This document shows positions 8,138 to 14,930 of a stretch of DNA of 14,930 bases, one piece after another. This DNA comes from Archangium sp. Its GTDB lineage: Bacteria > Myxococcota > Myxococcia > Myxococcales > Myxococcaceae. The notes under the pieces are model-generated. The model worked only from the letters and a program-made list of their open reading frames with translations. It was not told the origin of the DNA and searched no databases. The stretch's first letter is position 1, and each line of letters begins with the position of its first letter. The stretch is from contig JANLPS010000320.1 of the NCBI GenBank assembly GCA_031367385.1, forward strand, positions 1-14,930. The letters run 5' to 3'. The position numbers and the translations under genes are program-made.

Positions 8138-9553
8138 ATGCACGTCTCTCGAGCGCTCGTCTTGCTGGCGGCAGTCGTGACCCTGGTTCACTGCGTTGGC
8201 ACCGCAGGCGGGTCAGACGACGCGGGGCACGGCAGCGATGGCGGCTCGGTCACCGCCGCTGATTCTGGGGTGTTGAGCGGCGCAGACTCGGGCGTGGTGA
8301 GCACCATCGACTCCGGCACCGCGGGCGACGCTGGCACCACCGTTCAGCCCGTCGATGCGGGGCGTCTGCCGACGCGAGATGCGGGCCCGCTCCCCGCCTA
8401 CGACGGGGGCCCGAATGTGGTCGCCGACTTCATCGCCCTGATGGACCCCAACTCGTGGCGCGAGATACCCAACACCTTCATGTCTGCGGTGTGCTCGAAC
8501 GTGAATCACTACCCGTGCGAAGCCGTGGTCACCGCCTGGGGCGGCGGCGCGTACGACACCGTCAACGACCGGCTGATCATCTTCGGCGGCGGCCACGCCG
8601 ACTCGTTCGTCAACTCGGTCTTCGCGTTCGATCTCGGCCCGATGAAATGGGTACGCATGAGCGAGATGCCCCCGGCACTCGATGTCGATGGCCCGATGCC
8701 GGCGGTCTATTTCGACAAGCGCCTCGAGACCTGCGGCCTGTACCCGAGCGTCACCACGCTCACGATACCGCCCGAGTTCTTGACGCCCAGTGGCTACGTG
8801 ATGCGCGACAAGTGCGACGACCCCAGCATCGCCTCGCAGATGGACCCGCAGCAGCCGCGCAGCACCCACACGTACGGCAACATCGCTTTCAGCCAGGCAA
8901 CCAAAGCCTTCTACAACCTGGGCTCCTCAGCGCTGTACCCAAGCGGTCAAGCGACCGCCACGCGAGTCATGTCGTTCGACTTCGACACCCGGTTGTGGAC
9001 GAGGAGAGCCGAGAACAACCACATCAACATCGGCGCCGCGAGCGCGACCGACGGGCGGGGGCACATTTATTACACCACCACCTATTCGGTCTCTGAGTAC
9101 GACCCCATCGCCGACACGTGGGCTGACCTGCCTGGGAGCAGTGACACGGCGTCGTACTACTCGGGTGCCGCGGTCGACACCAAGCGCAACCGGTTGATTG
9201 TCACCGCCAACGGAGTCGACATTCAGACCTGGCGCCTCAGCGATGCGGTCATTGCGCGGCTCGCGACCACCACGACGGGCCTGGCCGCTCCAATCGCCAC
9301 TCAGCTGGCCTTCGAATACGACTCGACGCTCGATCGCTACTTCGCGTGGTCGGGCGGCAAGACCGTCAATTGGCTCAACCCGGCGACCGAGGCCTGGGCG
9401 GCGAGCACCGGCACCGATGAAGACCCGGGGGCACACCCCGTCAACGGCGTGTACGGCAAAATGCGCTACAGCAAAAAGTACAACGTCTACGTGCTCGTAC
9501 GCGCGGCGAATCAAAACGTGATGCTCTACAAGCCGCCCACCGTCGCCCCCTAG
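8138..9553 (+). CDS. Exported Kelch-like beta-propeller protein with DAG/DSG-repeat linker (471 aa)
   Basis: Signal-like N-terminus ending LVHC, then nine D-[AGS]-G triplets. Blade-like repeats include GGGAYD...LIIFGGG...VFAFDL...W, MSFDFDTRLW, YDPIADTW and LNPATEAW. Confidence 0.75.
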   Translation: MHVSRALVLLAAVVTLVHCVGTAGGSDDAGHGSDGGSVTAADSGVLSGADSGVVSTIDSGTAGDAGTTVQPVDAGRLPTRDAGPLPAYDGGPNVVADFIALMDPNSWREIPNTFMSAVCSNVNHYPCEAVVTAWGGGAYDTVNDRLIIFGGGHADSFVNSVFAFDLGPMKWVRMSEMPPALDVDGPMPAVYFDKRLETCGLYPSVTTLTIPPEFLTPSGYVMRDKCDDPSIASQMDPQQPRSTHTYGNIAFSQATKAFYNLGSSALYPSGQATATRVMSFDFDTRLWTRRAENNHINIGAASATDGRGHIYYTTTYSVSEYDPIADTWADLPGSSDTASYYSGAAVDTKRNRLIVTANGVDIQTWRLSDAVIARLATTTTGLAAPIATQLAFEYDSTLDRYFAWSGGKTVNWLNPATEAWAASTGTDEDPGAHPVNGVYGKMRYSKKYNVYVLVRAANQNVMLYKPPTVAP

Positions 9554-9625
9554 GCCGCTGCTCTTGAGCCAAGTCGAAGGACCCGTCTGTTGTCAGGGGT
9601 TACCCCCGCCCCCCGTCAGTGCGGC

Positions 9626-10333
9626 ATGTCATCACGAACCATCATCATCGGAGACCTCCACGGCTGCTTCGATCACGCCGTCGAGCTCCTCTCCCACCTG
9701 CAAGTCACCTCGAGTGATCGCGTCATCTTCGCGGGTGACCTCATCGACCGCGGGCCGAAGCCCCGCGAATGCGTCGAGCTGGCGATGAAGCACGAGTGCG
9801 TGCTCGGCAACCACGAAGAGAAACATCTTCAGATCCGTCGCCGCCCGGCCGAGAAGCTTGCGCCCAGTCACCTCGAGACGAGAAACGCCCTCGACGATTC
9901 GCACTACGCCTACTTCGCAACGCTCCCTCGCTTCATTCGACTGCCCGAGCATCACGCCGCCGTCGTGCACGCGGGCGCCTACCCCGGAGTGACCCTCGAG
10001 GAGCAGACCGACGCGCACCTCTTTCACATTCAACACATCAACCCACCTGCGCCGAAGTCGTTCTGGCCGTCGAAAGCACCTGCGGGCTACTCGTTTTGGA
10101 CCAACCACTGGCGAGGCCCCGAGCGGTTGATCTTCGGTCACTCCGTGCTCGACAGGCCCCTGGTCAGCGAGTGGGCGGTCGGCATCGATACCGGTGCGGT
10201 CTTCGGTCACGGCCTCACCGCGGTCGTGCTCCCGGAGTGGACGCTCGTCACCCTGCCCTCACCCGACTTCAGCCGAGGCCGCAAGACCGTCGCCACCTAC
10301 GCGATTCAAGACGGCGTGAAGGCGTTCAGCTAG
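9626..10333 (+). CDS. Calcineurin-like metallophosphoesterase, PPP / ApaH / PrpE-like family
   Basis: Motifs GDLHG, GDLIDRG, GNHE, VHAG, FGHS and IDTG. Start placed at ATG 9626 (MSSRTIIIGDLHG). Confidence 0.92.
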   Translation: MSSRTIIIGDLHGCFDHAVELLSHLQVTSSDRVIFAGDLIDRGPKPRECVELAMKHECVLGNHEEKHLQIRRRPAEKLAPSHLETRNALDDSHYAYFATLPRFIRLPEHHAAVVHAGAYPGVTLEEQTDAHLFHIQHINPPAPKSFWPSKAPAGYSFWTNHWRGPERLIFGHSVLDRPLVSEWAVGIDTGAVFGHGLTAVVLPEWTLVTLPSPDFSRGRKTVATYAIQDGVKAFS

Positions 10334-10346
10334 AAACCGCTCACTC

Positions 10347-11114
10347 ATGCGCTCGTTGAAGGTGACCCGGTACGTGCAGCCGCTCCGCGAGGGTGGCTCG
10401 CTGCCAGCGATCGTCGAGGCCGATGACGAGGGCCTGTACGTGATGAAGTTCGTCGGCGCGGGCCAGGGTCGCAAGGCGTTGATTGCCGAGGTGATTGCGG
10501 GCGAATTGGCCCGAGCGCTGCGCCTGCCAATGCCAACCCAGGCGTTGCTCGACCTCGATGCGAAGTTCGGGCTCAACGAGCCACACGACGAGATTCGCGA
10601 CCTGCTCAACGCCAGCGTCGGCACGAATCTGGGCATCGACTACTTGCCGGGGTCGATCACCTTCGACGGCCTGGTGCCGGGCGCGCTCACCCCTGCGCTC
10701 GCCTCGCAAATCGTCTGGTTCGACGCGCTCATCTTGAACGTCGATCGCACCGCGAGAAACCCGAACCTTCTCACCTGGCACAAGAATCTCTGGCTCATCG
10801 ACCACGGCGCGTCGCTCTATTTTCACCACGGCTGGAGCACCCCGCACGACAGCGCGAAGACCCCCTTCGCGGCGATCAAGAACCACGTGTTGCTGCCCTT
10901 CGCGAGCGAGCTCGACAACGTCGCGTTCACGGTGACCCGAGAACAGCTGACCTCGGTGGTCGCGCAAGTGCCCGACGCGTGGCTCGAGAATGAGCCAGGG
11001 TTCGTGAATGCTCAAGCGGTACGCACTGCCTACATCGACTTTTTCGAGACCCGATTCGCCCACCGCGACCTCTTCGTGACGGAGGCGATTCGTGCACGCA
11101 CTGAGCGCGTTTGA
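10347..11114 (+). CDS. HipA-like (PI3K/PI4K-related fold) kinase, short HipA_2-type
   Basis: RYVQPLREGGSLP Gly loop, Lys in YVMKF, Glu in LIAEV, catalytic loop NVDRTARNPN, and metal-binding LIDHG. Confidence 0.88.
   Translation: MRSLKVTRYVQPLREGGSLPAIVEADDEGLYVMKFVGAGQGRKALIAEVIAGELARALRLPMPTQALLDLDAKFGLNEPHDEIRDLLNASVGTNLGIDYLPGSITFDGLVPGALTPALASQIVWFDALILNVDRTARNPNLLTWHKNLWLIDHGASLYFHHGWSTPHDSAKTPFAAIKNHVLLPFASELDNVAFTVTREQLTSVVAQVPDAWLENEPGFVNAQAVRTAYIDFFETRFAHRDLFVTEAIRARTERV
11081..11085 (+). promoter_or_regulatory. Shine-Dalgarno GGAGG for the DUF3037 gene, embedded in the kinase 3' end
   Basis: GGAGG lies 6 nt before the GTG at 11092. Confidence 0.7.
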
Positions 11115-11478
11115 TTACGCCGTGATTCGGGTCGTACCGCGGGTCGAGCGAGGCGAGCTGATCAACGCAGGCATCATCGTGCAGTGCCCGACGCAAGACT
11201 TTCTCGAGGCGCAAGTCTGGCTCGATGCAGAGCGGCTTCGTGCGCTGTGGCCCGAGGTCGATGTAAACGACATCGCCGAGCACCTCTCGGTGTTTCCACG
11301 AATTGCGGCCGCCGATCTGACCGCAGGGCCGATCGCGTCACTGCCGCGCACTCAGCGTTTTCATTGGCTGACCGCGCCGCGGAGCACCGTGATTCAGACC
11401 TCGCCCGTGCACTCGGGGCTCTGCGTGAGCACCGCAGGCATGGTCACGTCACTGATGAAACGCCTGGTCCTGCCCTGA
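11092..11478 (+). CDS. DUF3037 domain protein (128 aa)
   Basis: FDYAVIRVVPRVERGELINAGII and RFHWLTAPRSTVIQTSPVHSG are characteristic. GTG start with SD, and a 23-nt overlap with the kinase. Confidence 0.88.
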   Translation: MHALSAFDYAVIRVVPRVERGELINAGIIVQCPTQDFLEAQVWLDAERLRALWPEVDVNDIAEHLSVFPRIAAADLTAGPIASLPRTQRFHWLTAPRSTVIQTSPVHSGLCVSTAGMVTSLMKRLVLP

Positions 11479-11521
11479 CCCGTTCGTCCCGAGAGACTCG
11501 AAGGGCCCGCCCTCGACCCCG

Positions 11522-12367
11522 TCACACAATCTCAAGCGACAAATCCATCGCACGCGACGAGTGGGTCAACGCGCCCATCGACACGTACGTCACTCCCAAC
11601 TTCGCCAAGGTCACCAAGCGCTCGGCCGTAATGCCGCCAGACACCTCGAGCTCGACCTTGTCTTTCGCGACCGCGACGGCCTCTTTGACCTGCGCGTCAC
11701 TCATGTTGTCGAGCATGACGATGTGCGCACCCTCGTGAATCGCCTCGCGCAGCTGATCGATCGAAGTCACCTCAACCTCGATCACCGTCAGCCGCGGGCA
11801 ATTCTCCTTCGCCAGCTTGATCGCGTCAGCGACCGAACCGCCCACCGCCGCGATGTGGTTGTCTTTGATCAGCAGCCCGTCGAATAGACCAAACCGATGA
11901 TTCACCCCGCCGCCATGTCGAACGGCAGCCTTCGACAACGCGCGCAACCCCGGTGAGGTCTTGCGGGTATCGAGCAACTTGAGCCGGGTGCCCTTGACCG
12001 AGTTGATCAGCGCGACCGCCTCACGGGTCGCACTCGCGATGCCCGACATGCGCTGCACGATGTTCAGCGCCGTGCGTTCGCCGACCAGCAGCGAGCGAAG
12101 CGGGCCGGTCATGGTGGCGATTCGCTCCTTCTTGTCGGTCAGGTCGCCGTCGGCGGCCGAGAACTTCACCGTCACCGTCGGGTCGACCCGCTGAAAGACC
12201 CGTTCGAATGCTTTGAGCCCTGACAGCACCATCTCCTCTTTGGCCCACAGCTCGCCCTTGCCCTTCTTGTTCTCGGGCACGAGCGCGCTGGTAGTGATGT
12301 CGCCCGCCGCGCCGAGGTCTTCATCGAGCGCGAGGTCGATCATTCTGTCGAGGTGAAGGTCGATCAT
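11522..12367 (-). CDS. nadC: Nicotinate-nucleotide pyrophosphorylase (carboxylating) / quinolinate phosphoribosyltransferase
   Basis: ALDED...GDITT, ERTALN, DTRKT.PG.R, HRFGL.D..LIKDNH, EVEV, MLDNM, SGGIT and SMGALTHS. ATGA overlap with the valS stop at 12364-12367. Confidence 0.96.
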   Translation of the reverse strand: MIDLHLDRMIDLALDEDLGAAGDITTSALVPENKKGKGELWAKEEMVLSGLKAFERVFQRVDPTVTVKFSAADGDLTDKKERIATMTGPLRSLLVGERTALNIVQRMSGIASATREAVALINSVKGTRLKLLDTRKTSPGLRALSKAAVRHGGGVNHRFGLFDGLLIKDNHIAAVGGSVADAIKLAKENCPRLTVIEVEVTSIDQLREAIHEGAHIVMLDNMSDAQVKEAVAVAKDKVELEVSGGITAERLVTLAKLGVTYVSMGALTHSSRAMDLSLEIV

Positions 12368-14930
12368 CTCTTGCCCTTCTTCTTCGGCGCGGCCTTCTTG
12401 ACCTTGGTCTTCACGACGGCCTTCTTCTTCTTCGCCGCGACTGGAGCTTTCTTCGCCTTGGCCTTCACCACCGCCTTCTTCGCCTTGGCCTTGACCGCCA
12501 CCTTCTTCTTCGCCGCGGCCGGAGCCTTCTTCTTCGGGGCCTTGATGGCCTTCACCGCCGCCCGCGCCTTGCTCTTCGCAGGCGCCTTCACCTTGACCTT
12601 CGCCGGAGCACTCGGCACCGACGGCCGCGCGTTGGGCGTATTGACCTCGTCCTTCGCCGCGTTGAACTCGCGCACGGCATCGTCGACCAGGCCCATGCCC
12701 ATGTACGCCACGCCGAGATCGTAATGATCTCGCGAGGTCAGGCCCTCCTTGGTCCCCGCGCGCAGCTGCACCAGCGCCTCGGTCACCTGGGCATCGGGCC
12801 CAGCCGAGACTGAGGCCTCAGACATCTCGGCCCGCAGCTCATCGCCCAGGTTCACCGACCCGGTCGCCGGAGGTGCAATGCGCATCTCCACCGGCGCGAT
12901 TCGCCTCAAGTTCTCGCTGAGCTTCTCGATGCGGCTGGTGAGCTCGATCACCCGAGCCCGGTCTTTCTCGACCACGTCGGGCGGAGCGCGCTCGACGAAC
13001 CGCGGGTTCTCGAACTTCTTGTTGATCGCGGCGATCTCCTGTTCGGCCTTCGAGATCTCCTTCTTCAAGCGCTCGCGCTCTTCGGCGAGGTCAACGATTC
13101 CAGCGAGGGGCACGTAGATCTCCATGTCGCTGCGAATATCAGCGGCTGCTTGCTGCGGTTTCACGCCCATCGCCGTCACCGAAAGCTTGGCCAACCCCGT
13201 CAGCGGCATCACGTAGGAGCGCCACCGGTCGAGTGACTCTCGCACCTGCTGGCTCTCCGACTGAATGACCGCTTCAATCTTCAACGCCGGAGACAGATTC
13301 GACTCACCGCGAATCGCGCGAATGCCGTCAATCGCCTGCGAGATCGGCTTCATCTCAGCCTCGGCCGCCGCGTCATGCAGCCGCGCATCTTCGACCGGGT
13401 ACGGAGCGATCATGATCGACTCAACCGAGCGGGTGATCGGCAACTTCTGCCAGATCTCCTCGGTCAAGAACGGCATGAACGGGTGCAACAGCCGCAGCAC
13501 CTGATCGAGCACGAACACGAGCACCGCGCGAGTCGAAGTCTTCGCATGTGCGTCGTCACCATACAGCGCGCTCTTCGACAGCTCGATGTACCAGTCGCAG
13601 AACTCGCCCCACAAGAATTGGTACAGCACCGAGGCCGCCTCGGCGAACTGGTACGCGGTCAACGCCGCTTGCGTCGCCACCGTCACCCGATTCAGCCTCG
13701 ACAAGATCCAACGGTCGGCCAGCGAGAGCGACCGCTCCTTGATGAACACCGACCCGTCGTCGGTAAAATCACCCAGGTTCATCATCGCGAAGCGAGCCGC
13801 GTTCCAAATCTTGTTGCAGAAGGCTCGGTAGCCGCCGATGCGATCGATCGACAGCTTGATGTCACGCCCCTGCTGCGTCAGCGACGCCAGGGTGAACCGC
13901 AGCGCATCGGCCCCCTGCGCCGGCAACCCCTGCGGGTACTTATTGCGAATCGACCCCGGCAAATTCGCGGCGGGAGCGCCCAAAATGATGTCGAGCGGGT
14001 CGATGACGTTGCCCTTCGTCTTCGACATTTTGTCGCCCTTCTCATCGCGCACCATCGCGTGCAGATACACGGTGCGAAACGGCACTTCGCCCATGAAGTG
14101 CAGGCCCATCATCATCATTCGAGCGACCCAGAAGAAGATGATGTCGTGCCCGGTCTCCATCACCGAGTTCGGGTAGAAGGTCTTGAGCTCTTCGGTCTTC
14201 TGCGGCCACCCCAGCGTCGAGAACGGCCACAAGCCCGAGCTGAACCAGGTATCAAGCACGTCGGGGTCTTGCACCCACTCTCCCTCGGGCGGCTTGGTTC
14301 GCGACACCACCGGAGTGCTCTCGAAGTCAGGCTTGCCGTCAGCCCCGACCTTGAACCACGCCGGTATCTGATGCCCCCACCACAGCTGGCGGCTGATGCA
14401 CCAGTCGTGAATCCCCTCCATCCACTTCATGTACACGGCCGTCCACGTCTCGGGCACGAAGGTGGTCTTGCCCTCTTTGACCGCCGCGATTGCCTTGTCA
14501 GCGAGCGGCTGAATCTTCACGTACCACTGCGGCGACAACCTGGGCTCGACGGGCACCTTGGTGCGCTCCGAGATCGCCAGCGCCAGCTTGTGCGGCTTGG
14601 TCTCGATCAGCAGCCCAAGCTCAGTCAGATCTTCGAGCACCTTCTTGCGCGCCTCGAACCGCTCGAGCCCCTGGTACTTGCCGCCGTTCTCATTCACATG
14701 CGCGGTCTCGGTGAAGATGTTGATCATCGGCAAGTTGTGCCGAAGCCCGGTCGCGTAGTCGTTATGATCATGCGCCGGAGTCACCTTCACCACGCCAGTG
14801 CCGAACTTCGGGTCGACCAGCACGTCGTCGATGATGATCGGTATTTCGCGGTTGGTCAGCGGCAGCAGCACCGTCTTGCCATGCAGGTGCGTGTAGCGCT
14901 CATCGGTCGAGTTCACCGCCACGGCCGTGT
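12364..14930 (-). CDS. valS: Valine--tRNA ligase, 5' part outside the window, with a C-terminal extension of about 175 aa
   Basis: TAVAVN at the window edge, FGTGVVKVTPAHD, DWCISRQLWWGH, DVLDTWFSS, TGHDIIFFWVARM, KMSK, GADALRF, FCNKIWNA, FCDWYIE, LLHPFMPF.TEE, and coiled-coil arm N..FVERAP..VV. Confidence 0.97.
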   Translation of the reverse strand, partial: TAVAVNSTDERYTHLHGKTVLLPLTNREIPIIIDDVLVDPKFGTGVVKVTPAHDHNDYATGLRHNLPMINIFTETAHVNENGGKYQGLERFEARKKVLEDLTELGLLIETKPHKLALAISERTKVPVEPRLSPQWYVKIQPLADKAIAAVKEGKTTFVPETWTAVYMKWMEGIHDWCISRQLWWGHQIPAWFKVGADGKPDFESTPVVSRTKPPEGEWVQDPDVLDTWFSSGLWPFSTLGWPQKTEELKTFYPNSVMETGHDIIFFWVARMMMMGLHFMGEVPFRTVYLHAMVRDEKGDKMSKTKGNVIDPLDIILGAPAANLPGSIRNKYPQGLPAQGADALRFTLASLTQQGRDIKLSIDRIGGYRAFCNKIWNAARFAMMNLGDFTDDGSVFIKERSLSLADRWILSRLNRVTVATQAALTAYQFAEAASVLYQFLWGEFCDWYIELSKSALYGDDAHAKTSTRAVLVFVLDQVLRLLHPFMPFLTEEIWQKLPITRSVESIMIAPYPVEDARLHDAAAEAEMKPISQAIDGIRAIRGESNLSPALKIEAVIQSESQQVRESLDRWRSYVMPLTGLAKLSVTAMGVKPQQAAADIRSDMEIYVPLAGIVDLAEERERLKKEISKAEQEIAAINKKFENPRFVERAPPDVVEKDRARVIELTSRIEKLSENLRRIAPVEMRIAPPATGSVNLGDELRAEMSEASVSAGPDAQVTEALVQLRAGTKEGLTSRDHYDLGVAYMGMGLVDDAVREFNAAKDEVNTPNARPSVPSAPAKVKVKAPAKSKARAAVKAIKAPKKKAPAAAKKKVAVKAKAKKAVVKAKAKKAPVAAKKKKAVVKTKVKKAAPKKKGKR
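12449..12502. repeat. Imperfect 27-bp tandem repeat (2 copies) within the Lys/Ala-rich valS tail
   Basis: TTCTTCGCCTTGGCCTTCACCACCGCC is followed by TTCTTCGCCTTGGCCTTGACCGCCACC. On the minus strand these encode VAVKAKAKK and AVVKAKAKK. Confidence 0.7.

Noticed and set aside
9596..9606. GGGGTTACCCC near-palindrome upstream of the phosphatase
   Set aside because: Too short to distinguish from chance, and no second copy was noticed.
8213..11063. Overlapping alternative ORFs (218, 213, 195, 192, 196 and 240 aa)
   Set aside because: They are shadow frames of the propeller, phosphatase and kinase genes, with Arg/Gly/Val-biased composition and no family signatures.
11479..11521. Possible terminator between DUF3037 and nadC (TCGAAGGGC..GCCCTCGA)
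   Set aside because: The stem is short and bulged, with no U-tract on either strand.
12353..12724. 123-aa Phe/Ala-rich ORF on + that looks like a membrane protein
   Set aside because: It is the antisense shadow of the AAG/GCC-rich valS tail; the TTC repeats come from the Lys-codon runs on the other strand.
10347..14930. Idea that the HipA-like kinase targets the nearby ValRS
   Set aside because: Proximity is the only support. The genes are convergent, in separate units, and characterised HipA-family targets are not defined by linkage.
1..14930. Prophage, genomic island, tRNA or rRNA
   Set aside because: No integrase, transposase, phage or structural-RNA signatures were recognised, and composition looks uniform by eye apart from short intergenic stretches.

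Overview
GC-rich (about 65% by eye) bacterial chromosomal window, probably Myxococcota. That assignment is inferred from D-[AGS]-G-repeat linkers in exported proteins and a long C-terminal extension on ValRS. Gene order: 3' part of a DUF58/vWA gene (+); an OB-fold-like lipoprotein (-); an ATGA-coupled operon of MDR-family oxidoreductase, thiolase and glycerophosphodiester phosphodiesterase (+); a Cys-rich exported protein and a cupredoxin lipoprotein (+); an 85-bp REP/MITE-like palindrome whose arms contain the stop codons of both convergent neighbours; an ECF sigma factor coupled to a 389-aa soluble partner with an internal anti-sigma-like motif (-); a divergent exported beta-propeller protein (+); a PPP-family metallophosphoesterase, HipA-like kinase and DUF3037 cluster (+); nadC (-); and 5'-truncated valS (-). 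The best candidates for under-described biology are the phosphatase-kinase-DUF3037 module, the ECF sigma with its atypical partner, ValRS fused to a TPR-like motif and an 81-aa histone-H1-like tail, and the switchable palindrome. No rRNA, tRNA, CRISPR array, integrase or transposase was recognised. All family assignments come from motif recognition by eye; no searches were run.
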